Made by a program: the position numbers and the translations under genes. Of a stretch of 64,000 nt of DNA, positions 34,797 to 43,603 are shown piece after piece (the stretch's first letter is position 1; every line of letters starts with the position of its first letter). The stretch is from the IMG/VR virus record IMGVR_UViG_3300013108_000188; one strand, given 5' to 3'. The notes below the pieces were generated by a model that saw nothing but the letters and a program-made list of their open reading frames with translations, had not been told where the DNA came from and made no database searches. The stretch is from a virus.

Positions 34797-37175
34797 TTAT
34801 ATATTACACGCTTCGCATTCCTCTTCCGACAATTCTTCTTTTTGTGGAACCTTTATTTCATCTTTAGTATCTAGTAATATATTTGGTTGTTGATTTGGTT
34901 GTAGATTTACACTACCTATTTCTGCTTCTTCATAAGTCAATGGGTGCATTGGCTCATCTTCAACTTTACCGTCATATGTATTCTGATAATAAGATGTCTT
35001 CCACCCATACTTATAAGTCGTTAATAAATCACCTGCCATTGTAGATACTGGCACTTGATTATCTTCGTAATTTTCAGGATTGAAAGACCAATTACCAGAT
35101 ATAGCTTGGTCAAAATACTTCTGCATTACTGACACTACATTTATATATCCTTCATTGTCTTTCATATCCCATAACAATGTATAGTTATTTTTTAATCTTG
35201 TATAATCAGGCACAACTTGTTTTAATGTACCTTTCTTACTTTTCTTAACACTTAAAAAACCTCTAGGTGGTTCAATGCCGTTTGTAGCATTGGAAACCAC
35301 ACTAGAAGATTCAGAAGGCATTTGGGCCGAGAGAGTGCTATGTCGGAGCCCATACTTTTTTATATCGTTCCGTAATTCTTCCCAATCAAAGCTGAGTTTA
35401 CGATTTACAATCTCATCAACTTCTTTCTTGTAAGTATCTATCGGAAGGATACCGTCTGAATATTTTGTCCTGTCAAAGTAATCACACTTTGTTTTCTCTT
35501 TTGCAAGTTCATTACTTGCACATAACAGGTAATACTGGAATGCTTCTGTAAGTTTATCTACTTCTTTCCACGCCATCTTTTGGTCATAAGTATAACCTTT
35601 CTTAGCAAGATAGTGTGCTAGACCAATATATCCAACTCCTAAACTTCTTCTAGCTTTAGTAGATATTTCAGCTGCCTTAACTGGATACTTTTGATGGTCT
35701 ATAATTTCGTCTAATGCTCTTACTGATAAATCACATAGTTCTTCTAAATCGTCTAGTGATTTTAAAAGACCAACATTGATTGCACTTAAAATACATAATG
35801 CAATTTCACCTTTGCCATCTATGTGATGTATAGGGTCTGTTGGTAAAGTAATTTCTTGGCATAGATTTGACATATTAACTTTGTCTTTAAAAGAGGAGTG
35901 TGAGTTTGCGTGGTCTATATTCATAATGTATATACGACCTGTTTCTGCTCTTTCTTTTAATAAGTCCATAAACAATCTTTGTGCCGATACTTTCTTTCTA
36001 TATACCGATGTATCTTTTTCATATTTTAAATACATTTCATCAAAAGCGTCTGTACCAAAAGCGTCATATAGACCAGGTACTTCGTGTGGACTAAACAAAG
36101 TTATATCTTCGTCATTAATAAATCTTTCGTAAAATAGTTTTGATAACTGAATTGAATAATCTAATTTTCTAACTCTATTATCATCACTACCTTTATTATT
36201 TTTTAAAACTAATATATCTTCTATCTCTTTATGCCATATAGGAAAGTGTACCGTTGCACAACCACCTCGTACACCGTTTTGTGTACAACTCTTAACGGTT
36301 GCTTCAAATTTCTTTAAGAAAGGTATAACACCTGTGTGTTGCACTTCTCCACCTCTTATTTTAGAGTTAATACCTCTTATACGACCCATATTAAGACCTA
36401 TACCTGCTCTTTGTGCTGTATAGTATCCAACTGCCATATCACTTGAAAAAATAGATTGTAGAGTATCAGCAACATCTACTAATACACAACTAGCATATTG
36501 TTTAATTGGAGTTCTAACACCTGCCATAACAGGAGTAGGAATATTAATTTTAAATGTTGAGATTGCGTTATAATATTTTTTAACATAAGTTAATCTTTTA
36601 TTTTTTGGATATTGAGCAAATATTGTAGCGGCAATCATCATATACATCTGTTGTGGAGTTTCGTGGATAGTTCCATTACTTCTATCTTGTACAAGATATT
36701 TGTCCATCACTTGTCTTAAACCAGCATATGTAAATGAATAATCTCTATCGTGTGCCAACATAGCATTCATACGGTCAAAATCTGCTTCATCGTACCATTT
36801 TAAAATATCTTTATCATATACTCCAAGTTCAACACATTTCTTTGTGTGTTTAAATAAATGTGGATGGTCCCACAATCTTCTGTTAATAGATTTTCTTAAA
36901 CTATAAAGTAATAGTCTAGCAGCTACATATTGGTAATTTGGATTTTCTAATGAGATTAAATCTGAAGCAGACTTAATTAAGATTTGTTGAATTTGGTCTG
37001 TCGGTATGTTATCATAAAATTGTAAATCACTATTCATTTCTACCTGTGAAGATGACACACCTTTAATGTCTTCACAAGCATACTCAACCATATCGTGGAT
37101 TTTATCTACATTTATTTCTTCTCGTCCACGACCATTTCTTTTTATAACAAATATCTTCTTGCCTTCTTCACCCAT
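34797..37175 (-). CDS. nrdA: class Ia ribonucleotide reductase alpha subunit with ATP cone
   Basis: VIKRNG ATP cone, PTPVMAGVRT, SCVL, SNLCQEI, MPSESSS, KTSYY, C-terminal CEACNI. Confidence 0.98.
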   Translation of the reverse strand: MGEEGKKIFVIKRNGRGREEINVDKIHDMVEYACEDIKGVSSSQVEMNSDLQFYDNIPTDQIQQILIKSASDLISLENPNYQYVAARLLLYSLRKSINRRLWDHPHLFKHTKKCVELGVYDKDILKWYDEADFDRMNAMLAHDRDYSFTYAGLRQVMDKYLVQDRSNGTIHETPQQMYMMIAATIFAQYPKNKRLTYVKKYYNAISTFKINIPTPVMAGVRTPIKQYASCVLVDVADTLQSIFSSDMAVGYYTAQRAGIGLNMGRIRGINSKIRGGEVQHTGVIPFLKKFEATVKSCTQNGVRGGCATVHFPIWHKEIEDILVLKNNKGSDDNRVRKLDYSIQLSKLFYERFINDEDITLFSPHEVPGLYDAFGTDAFDEMYLKYEKDTSVYRKKVSAQRLFMDLLKERAETGRIYIMNIDHANSHSSFKDKVNMSNLCQEITLPTDPIHHIDGKGEIALCILSAINVGLLKSLDDLEELCDLSVRALDEIIDHQKYPVKAAEISTKARRSLGVGYIGLAHYLAKKGYTYDQKMAWKEVDKLTEAFQYYLLCASNELAKEKTKCDYFDRTKYSDGILPIDTYKKEVDEIVNRKLSFDWEELRNDIKKYGLRHSTLSAQMPSESSSVVSNATNGIEPPRGFLSVKKSKKGTLKQVVPDYTRLKNNYTLLWDMKDNEGYINVVSVMQKYFDQAISGNWSFNPENYEDNQVPVSTMAGDLLTTYKYGWKTSYYQNTYDGKVEDEPMHPLTYEEAEIGSVNLQPNQQPNILLDTKDEIKVPQKEELSEEECEACNI

Positions 37176-37190
37176 AATTTTTCCTTTATA

Positions 37191-38225
37191 TTAAACTTTT
37201 TTATAATTTACTAATGCTTGTTTTGCTGATAATTTAGAGTATGTGTTGATACTTATAATTTCATCTAATTGTACTTTGGTTACACCTGTCATAATTAAGT
37301 CATTAACATCTTTAAGTTGTATCTCACTAGGCCAAATAAAAATGTTATATCCTTGTTCAATAATCTTTTCCATTCTATTAATGATTTCTTTATTACGAGG
37401 TTCGTTGTCAAATATATATGTGACCTTATCTTTTGAGATTTTACTATCTAAAGATAAATCTGCCCCACCAGCAGCTAAACAATTATCTAAAAATAAACTA
37501 TCAATAGGTCCTTCTACAACAAATATATGTTTTGCAAAATTTATTCTTTCAAGTCCAAATACTTTTTGTTTATTTTCATCTAACTTAATGGTTACATATT
37601 TTGGTACTTCTTTTCCAAAGGCACGACCTTGATAAGCAAACACCTTACCTTGTTCATCATAGAAAGGAATAATCAATCTAGGATGGTCGTACTTCGGTTT
37701 ATTATATTTTCTTGGAGCAATCTTATGTGCCCATTCATAAAATTTGTCGCATAAAAATAACTTATCAAAATACTTCTCTGGAATAAGTCTTTCTACAACA
37801 ACTTTTCTTGCTGGGTGTTGAGCGTCTAACTCAGCAATACTTTTCAGTTCACTAATATGGTCATCTTTTATATCAGGTTTAAAATCAAATTTAAACTCTG
37901 GTTTAGGTGTCGCTGGGGACGCCGTTTTATATCTTTCTAATAGATATGTTTCATAGACTTTTGGGTCTATAAATTTTAAAAAATTTGCAAGGTTTTGACC
38001 AACACCACAATTATGGCATTTGAAAAACATATCGTTTTTCTTACGATAGAAATAACCTCTACTTTTTAGTTTTGACTTCTGACTATCCCCACAATGAGGA
38101 CATCTGAAATTGAATAGATAGTCACCTTTTTTCTTAAATTGGCCTAATCTTACCGAAATCTCATTTATGAATTTTAAATCAATATAACTGGACATAGCAA
38201 TCTCATAATTATTATTATTACTCAT
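37191..38225 (-). CDS. gp61: DNA primase gp61
   Basis: FRCPHCGDS..FKCHNCG Zn finger, EGPIDSLF, FDNEPRN, KDVND; real start may be 38195. Confidence 0.95.
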   Translation of the reverse strand: MSNNNNYEIAMSSYIDLKFINEISVRLGQFKKKGDYLFNFRCPHCGDSQKSKLKSRGYFYRKKNDMFFKCHNCGVGQNLANFLKFIDPKVYETYLLERYKTASPATPKPEFKFDFKPDIKDDHISELKSIAELDAQHPARKVVVERLIPEKYFDKLFLCDKFYEWAHKIAPRKYNKPKYDHPRLIIPFYDEQGKVFAYQGRAFGKEVPKYVTIKLDENKQKVFGLERINFAKHIFVVEGPIDSLFLDNCLAAGGADLSLDSKISKDKVTYIFDNEPRNKEIINRMEKIIEQGYNIFIWPSEIQLKDVNDLIMTGVTKVQLDEIISINTYSKLSAKQALVNYKKV

Positions 38226-38252
38226 ATTACACTAATACGAGCTATTTGTCAA
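38224..38252 (-). promoter_or_regulatory. sigma70-type promoter for the primase-nrd operon
   Basis: TTGACA-17-TAATAT. Confidence 0.6.
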
Positions 38253-38321
38253 GCACCTCTAAAAAAGGTATTTGGGGAAAAAAATGCCAAGGTAAATTCG
38301 CCCTTTAAAAAGGTAGAAAAC

Positions 38322-38777
38322 CTATTGGACTTTCATAAGTTCAATTACTAGAGGAAAATTCCTAGCTAATATAAACCCTATTACTATTGACCCACCTATA
38401 ATCAACCACTTCCATTTCTCTAGTACATTTACCCTATCTCCAAGTGTATTTTTGATAGACTTAATCTCGTTCATAATACGCTTTTCAGTAAGGTCCATAT
38501 TCTCTTTTAGAGACGCATATCTTGTTTCTGTCTCTACTTGTCTTTCCTTTAATTTAGAAAAGATAATTTCATCTAATTTTTCTGCTTGTGATAGTTTTTC
38601 TTCGTGTACTGCTAACATAGACTTAATACTTGAAGATATACCTGTTAACTTCTCAATCGCTGTATCTAGTCTTTTATGCACCATTGAGTTTTGTTCTAGT
38701 TCTGTTCTCAGCACCTCAATACTTGTCCTGTTGTCTGCGACTTCTCTCTCTAAAGAAGTTAGTGATTTTTCTGCCAT
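38322..38777 (-). CDS. coiled-coil protein with C-terminal TM
   Basis: Heptads ending in LEKWKW followed by a hydrophobic helix. Confidence 0.65.
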   Translation of the reverse strand: MAEKSLTSLEREVADNRTSIEVLRTELEQNSMVHKRLDTAIEKLTGISSSIKSMLAVHEEKLSQAEKLDEIIFSKLKERQVETETRYASLKENMDLTEKRIMNEIKSIKNTLGDRVNVLEKWKWLIIGGSIVIGFILARNFPLVIELMKVQ

Positions 38778-38787
38778 TTATTTATCC

Positions 38788-40932
38788 CTAATCTGTCTGT
38801 ATTATTGTTATATTATTTTGGGTAGAGGAATTTCCCACATCAAGGTGTTGTGCTTCTTTATCTTGTAAAATTTGAATATCTGCCTCATTACTCGTTTCAG
38901 TTTTTACATAAGCTCTATGATTATCGTTATATCTATTTATAATTGTGTAGTCACCACTAGTAGAAGCAGTAGCGTCAAAATCATTATTTAATGTTGATAC
39001 TCTTCCTGTGGAAGTAGCACTTGAAGTCGCACCTGTAACCCCATCCGTTGTAGTTAAAGTTTGGGTTACATCTCCAGTAGTATAGTTTAAAGTTTCACCA
39101 CTAGCAGTTACCTGTGTTTCTGCACCAGTATTATCAACCCATTCAGTACCACAACTAGAATTAGCATTGTCCCAATAGTATCCATATTTTAAACACTCGT
39201 CTTCATTATAACTAGCTAATAATATTTCTAGTTCTGCGTCTATATCATAGTCATCTTCGTAAGCATATTCATCTTCCCAACTAGATTGGTCATCTTCATT
39301 ATTGTAATCGTAACCTGTGTACCACCAATCGTATAATGCGTCCCAATATGTATCCCAATCTGACCATTCCCAATCAGTTATGTAAGTCTTTTTTAAATCT
39401 TTCATTTTCCAAGGTTTAGGTTGGTCAGCACACATCTTATAGTTTGGCCAACTTCCACACCAACCATATAATTTACCAAATATCTTTTTAGCTTCTTTAG
39501 TCCAACTATCATTGGTTACTTTTAAAGTCCAGTCATCTTTATACCAATCGTTTAAGTAATCAACATAGTCTTGGTTACACCAATAGTCTTCGTAACCATT
39601 GTACTCACAATAGTTTTGTACCGTTAATGTAGGAGGACCTCCATTAGCAATGTATTCAGAATTGCTATAGTAAGCGTCATCTAAAGCAAAATCTTCCCAA
39701 GTATATCCTTCAACTACTTCTGCTTCTGTTTCTTCTTTAGTTTCTTCAACTACATCTTCCTCAACTACTTCTACATTCCAAGAAGCAAGACCATAGTCAG
39801 ATAAAATTTCGTTATATGCCTCATCATAAGCATCCCAATCAACTTCATCCCAATTTATATCATCCCAATTAACACTATCCCAACTACAATCTGAACAACC
39901 TATTGCGTCAAAATATGCTTGGTCCATTTCGGCATACATTTGTTTAGCGTCATCCCAATCCATAGTCTTTTCACCTTCAGCATCCCATACAGAAATCTGG
40001 TTATCTTCATCTATATAACCCCACTCTTTTAAATCATCTTCCCATTCATCATAGTAAGATGTATCTACTTCTGATTCTACAACTGCTGTATCTAAACCTT
40101 TTTCTTCTATTGATTGTGTTTCAATTATTGCGTCACCTTCACTAACAGACATATCTGTTTGAACAATTGTGTCATTGTTCTCTACTACATTTACTTCTTC
40201 ATTTATTATCGCCTCTTCCATTGCTTGTGCTTTTTCAACTTTAGTATCCATATCACCAAAAGATTTCTCAACATCTTCTTTTATATCTTCTTCAAATTTA
40301 TCTAACTCAATAATGTTTTGTTTATTAGTTTCTATTTTAGGAGGTGTAGGTGCTAAATCATTATTATAAACGGTTACGGAATTAAATGCGTTTGTAATTG
40401 TTTGAGAACCTGCGTCATTAGATACGGTTAACATACCTACTGAACCATCACTATCAGGCAACAAAGTAATTGTTGCTTTACCTGAAGTATCAACGGTACC
40501 TGAAAACGCTGTACCTTGTACCGTAATCGTAGCGTTACCAGCATTAATATTAACTTCACCACCTAATTCTGATACACTTCCAGATTCATATGTAAATGAA
40601 CCTACATTAACCGATATGTTCATTGCTAATTCTATTGGCACAACAGAAGTATCAAAAGCAAACTCATCAATAATTAATTCTGTATTTGGTCCCATTGTAA
40701 ATTTAGTTTTATCAACATATGATATTATCATACCACCATCTTCACCTGTTTGAAGAAAGTCGTTCATCTGTAATTCATAACCAGTAGAAGTGTTTTCAGT
40801 TGAACCGTCCCTTTCGTTCCAAGTCGTACCCATTGAACCTATGACTTCGCCAACTTTTGGACCTGTTATTTGAGCTATTGCACTAGTACAGAAAAGTACC
40901 AGGAAAGATACTATGAGAAATAGTTTTTGCAT
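38788..40932 (-). CDS. exported FecR-domain protein with acidic Trp/Tyr-rich region and curlin-like C-terminus
   Basis: Signal peptide; D.LQTG.DG..I.Y.D.T.F.MGPN..L.ID and A.I.V.GT.F FecR motifs; ends NNITIIQTD. Confidence 0.8.
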   Translation of the reverse strand: MQKLFLIVSFLVLFCTSAIAQITGPKVGEVIGSMGTTWNERDGSTENTSTGYELQMNDFLQTGEDGGMIISYVDKTKFTMGPNTELIIDEFAFDTSVVPIELAMNISVNVGSFTYESGSVSELGGEVNINAGNATITVQGTAFSGTVDTSGKATITLLPDSDGSVGMLTVSNDAGSQTITNAFNSVTVYNNDLAPTPPKIETNKQNIIELDKFEEDIKEDVEKSFGDMDTKVEKAQAMEEAIINEEVNVVENNDTIVQTDMSVSEGDAIIETQSIEEKGLDTAVVESEVDTSYYDEWEDDLKEWGYIDEDNQISVWDAEGEKTMDWDDAKQMYAEMDQAYFDAIGCSDCSWDSVNWDDINWDEVDWDAYDEAYNEILSDYGLASWNVEVVEEDVVEETKEETEAEVVEGYTWEDFALDDAYYSNSEYIANGGPPTLTVQNYCEYNGYEDYWCNQDYVDYLNDWYKDDWTLKVTNDSWTKEAKKIFGKLYGWCGSWPNYKMCADQPKPWKMKDLKKTYITDWEWSDWDTYWDALYDWWYTGYDYNNEDDQSSWEDEYAYEDDYDIDAELEILLASYNEDECLKYGYYWDNANSSCGTEWVDNTGAETQVTASGETLNYTTGDVTQTLTTTDGVTGATSSATSTGRVSTLNNDFDATASTSGDYTIINRYNDNHRAYVKTETSNEADIQILQDKEAQHLDVGNSSTQNNITIIQTD

Positions 40933-42018
40933 TTAACACCCGCTATTGTTTAGCTGAACGGTTGTATCTGCTGTCTGATTGTTTCTATTGAAAGAGTATG
41001 TACAATTATCTGAACCATCTTGGTCAACAAGTAAAGTGTAATCGTAAATTGAATCACCACTTACGGTTAAGTTTGCTTCGTTTGAACCACCTGTTTGTTT
41101 TAATTCTACTACTGCGTTTGAAGTATAGATATAAACATATGCCTTATTGTTTCCACCACTTCCATAATATCTATAAACATTTGAGTTACCACTTGTAACC
41201 GTTTTCATATAATTATTATCGCCGTATTGAATCATCCTTATGTGAGAACCTACAGCGTCTGGATGAACATCTAATACATTTGAATCACCTATGACATCGT
41301 GTACTTGATAATTACTAGCACCCCAACTTGCCATATGAACCGTATTGGAGCTACCAATTATATAAACATCAATTGTAGCACCTTCGTCACCACTTGTATC
41401 TGCAAATTGTCCGTGTGATTCTACATTTGGACCAATCATAACATTTGCTTTACTTGAACCAACCATACCTGTTGAGTTAGTTGCACCATAAAACTCTACA
41501 TCATTTGAATCACCTGACATAAGAACATATAAGAAGTGTGAGTCACCTCTTAAATATGCCCAAAAATCATTTGAGTCACCTTTAATATCTAAATCTATGT
41601 GAGTATCTTGTATATCATCACTTGTATGTGAATCTAACTCTACTATGTTTGAGTTACCTGTAATATCTATATCGTAATAGTGTCCATCTGCGCCTGTGTC
41701 ATCTAAATCAAGTCTTAATACATTTGAATCGCCTGTTGCAATGTAATCAAAGGTCATATTAGACCCATAAAAAGTGTCGTGGTTGGTATCTACAGCAACA
41801 TTATTATCGCCTAATTGTTTTATGATAAGTGTTAAGTTAGGACCATTAATTATAAAATTTGCTGAGGAAGAACCAAACTTATTACCTGAACCATCTTGTT
41901 TTATATAGATGGATCCTGCACTAGTTTGATTGTCTTGCTGAATATAAACAGAATTGCCAGCGAAACTATTAGTTAGTGTCGCTAGAAGAATCACTATTGC
42001 CATTACTATCTTTTTCAT
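40933..42018 (-). CDS. curlin-like repeat protein (CsgA/CsgB-like)
   Basis: Signal peptide; repeated (Q/I)xGxxN beta-solenoid units of about 22-24 aa. Confidence 0.75.
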   Translation of the reverse strand: MKKIVMAIVILLATLTNSFAGNSVYIQQDNQTSAGSIYIKQDGSGNKFGSSSANFIINGPNLTLIIKQLGDNNVAVDTNHDTFYGSNMTFDYIATGDSNVLRLDLDDTGADGHYYDIDITGNSNIVELDSHTSDDIQDTHIDLDIKGDSNDFWAYLRGDSHFLYVLMSGDSNDVEFYGATNSTGMVGSSKANVMIGPNVESHGQFADTSGDEGATIDVYIIGSSNTVHMASWGASNYQVHDVIGDSNVLDVHPDAVGSHIRMIQYGDNNYMKTVTSGNSNVYRYYGSGGNNKAYVYIYTSNAVVELKQTGGSNEANLTVSGDSIYDYTLLVDQDGSDNCTYSFNRNNQTADTTVQLNNSGC

Positions 42019-43081
42019 CTGACTTGTTCTCCTGTTCTGTATGTTTGTCTACTTCGTCCCAATCTTTTTCATCTACGAGTTTTGTACACTCTTCTGATAC
42101 TTTACCAGAAGCATTAGCGTTTTTCTCGCATTCCATTTTAATTTTTATATCTCTTTTTCTTGCTTCTTTTTCTTCTTCTTTTTGTTTAAGATAGTCTTCG
42201 TATGTTTTCTCAACTTTTTCTTCACCTATCTCTACGGTAATTGGTGTTCCGTCATACTTATCTAAAGCGTGACCATCTTCTACATAATCTTTAATTTCTG
42301 GCACTATTGTTTCATCAATTTCCCATAAACCTTTTTTAGCACCTTCATTAATTAAATCTACTACACCTTTTTCTATTGCTTTTCTTACTGCATAGGTAAC
42401 TGGTTCGTTTCTTGCCACTCCCATTTCAATCTCTACTAACATTGTATCTGTATCTAGGTATTTAAATACATCTGCACCTGTTTCGCCTGAAAGTATAGTC
42501 TTTTCAACGGTTGTAGTTATTACTACTTCACCACTTTGTACATTAACTAATCTTAATATAATAGTAACCACATCTTGTCTGTATTGTTTGTGTGCTTGAA
42601 TACCTAATATTCTTGCACCAACACCACCAGATTTAGTATCACTATCATATCCTACTATACCACCTGTGATATATGCACCTGCGAATAGTAATGGTGGTAA
42701 AGGTTCTGCACCTTCACCATTTACTTGTTGTCTTGTAGACCTTATTAATTTTCTCTCTTGTAATAGACTTGGTAGACTTGCTCTTTCAACAACTCTAAAC
42801 CATTTGCCATCACCTGCGTCTTGTAATGCTTTAATTAATAATTGATATGACCCTTGCGTTACCGCTGTACTCATTGACGCAAAAGAACCACCTGGTTTCT
42901 TTTGTCCTGTCATATCTAAAAAATCATACACAGCAATTACTACTGGTTCACCTTTTGGCGAATTAATTTCTGTCAATCCTTTATATGATACCGTTTGAGT
43001 TCTTACATCAAAATCTGATTTTGTACTCGCACAACTACCCAAAAAGAGTGTAAGCAATAACAAAGATATAATTCTTAACAT
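41969..43081 (-). CDS. csgG: curli secretion channel lipoprotein CsgG
   Basis: Lipobox LGSC; AVYDF.D.TGQ.KP, STAVTQG, WFRVVER, ERKLIRS, GGIVGYD, NEPV. Confidence 0.95.
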   Translation of the reverse strand: MLRIISLLLLTLFLGSCASTKSDFDVRTQTVSYKGLTEINSPKGEPVVIAVYDFLDMTGQKKPGGSFASMSTAVTQGSYQLLIKALQDAGDGKWFRVVERASLPSLLQERKLIRSTRQQVNGEGAEPLPPLLFAGAYITGGIVGYDSDTKSGGVGARILGIQAHKQYRQDVVTIILRLVNVQSGEVVITTTVEKTILSGETGADVFKYLDTDTMLVEIEMGVARNEPVTYAVRKAIEKGVVDLINEGAKKGLWEIDETIVPEIKDYVEDGHALDKYDGTPITVEIGEEKVEKTYEDYLKQKEEEKEARKRDIKIKMECEKNANASGKVSEECTKLVDEKDWDEVDKHTEQENKSDEKDSNGNSDSSSDTN

Positions 43082-43089
43082 ATTTTTTC

Positions 43090-43548
43090 CTACGAGTTAT
43101 CTTCTTTAGGTAAAGTATAAGTTGTTACCGTACCATCTGATTCTGTTACCGTTACCACTACATTACCTGTACCTGATGGTGTAGTCCAAGTGACCACTTC
43201 TCCACCAACTGGTGATGTAAATGTACCAGAGTCTTGTTGTAGACCATCTGTACCGAATACATTGTCCGTAATTTGTTTTGCCAGAGCAGTATAGAATCTA
43301 CTCTCTAAATTTGCTTTGAATTTAGCTATAGCAGTTGCCTTTGCGTCTGCTGTTGCTTTATCAGCTGCCGCTTTGTTCGCTGCCTTGATTGCGTCTTTTC
43401 TAGTTTTCTCAATGTTCTCTATTGTTAAATAATGTGAAGACTTTCCTTTACCTGAAAACGAAGGACTATCAAATTCAAATGTTAGTTCGCTTGAGTATGC
43501 ACTAGAGATAAAGACAAGTGTAAGTATAATACTTGTAATGAATCTCAT
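43090..43548 (-). CDS. csgF: curli assembly protein CsgF
   Basis: Signal peptide then ELTFEFDSPSFSG; F..NLESR....L; immediately upstream of csgG. Confidence 0.85.
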   Translation of the reverse strand: MRFITSIILTLVFISSAYSSELTFEFDSPSFSGKGKSSHYLTIENIEKTRKDAIKAANKAAADKATADAKATAIAKFKANLESRFYTALAKQITDNVFGTDGLQQDSGTFTSPVGGEVVTWTTPSGTGNVVVTVTESDGTVTTYTLPKEDNS

Positions 43549-43563
43549 AATTCTCCTAATAAT

Positions 43564-43586
43564 TGCTATAATATTTATAATAAATA
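43564..43586. promoter_or_regulatory. divergent promoter region: late TATAAATA (minus, 43572-43579) for csgF; TGcTATAAT extended -10 and AATAAATA (plus) for the cyclase
   Basis: Motifs read directly in the 55-bp intergenic gap. Confidence 0.55.
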
Positions 43587-43603
43587 GTCAGACGAGAATT
43601 GAT

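Noticed and set aside
32659-37175. Introns or inteins in nrdA/nrdB (also checked thyX and gp41)
   Set aside because: ORFs are continuous and of normal length, with no intein or homing-endonuclease motifs visible
38693-38707. Third GTTC-N7-GTTC match
   Set aside because: Lies inside a coding region and lacks the extended identity shared by the two intergenic copies; likely chance
39150-40080. Recurring TCCCA/ATCCCA units suggesting a CRISPR array or DGR repeat
   Set aside because: These are Trp-Asp codons of the FecR protein; no constant repeat-spacer period and no cas or reverse transcriptase gene
43538-43603. Longer N-terminus of the cyclase given by the ORF track
   Set aside because: Overlaps the csgF start and the promoter motifs; ATG at 43604 is more plausible
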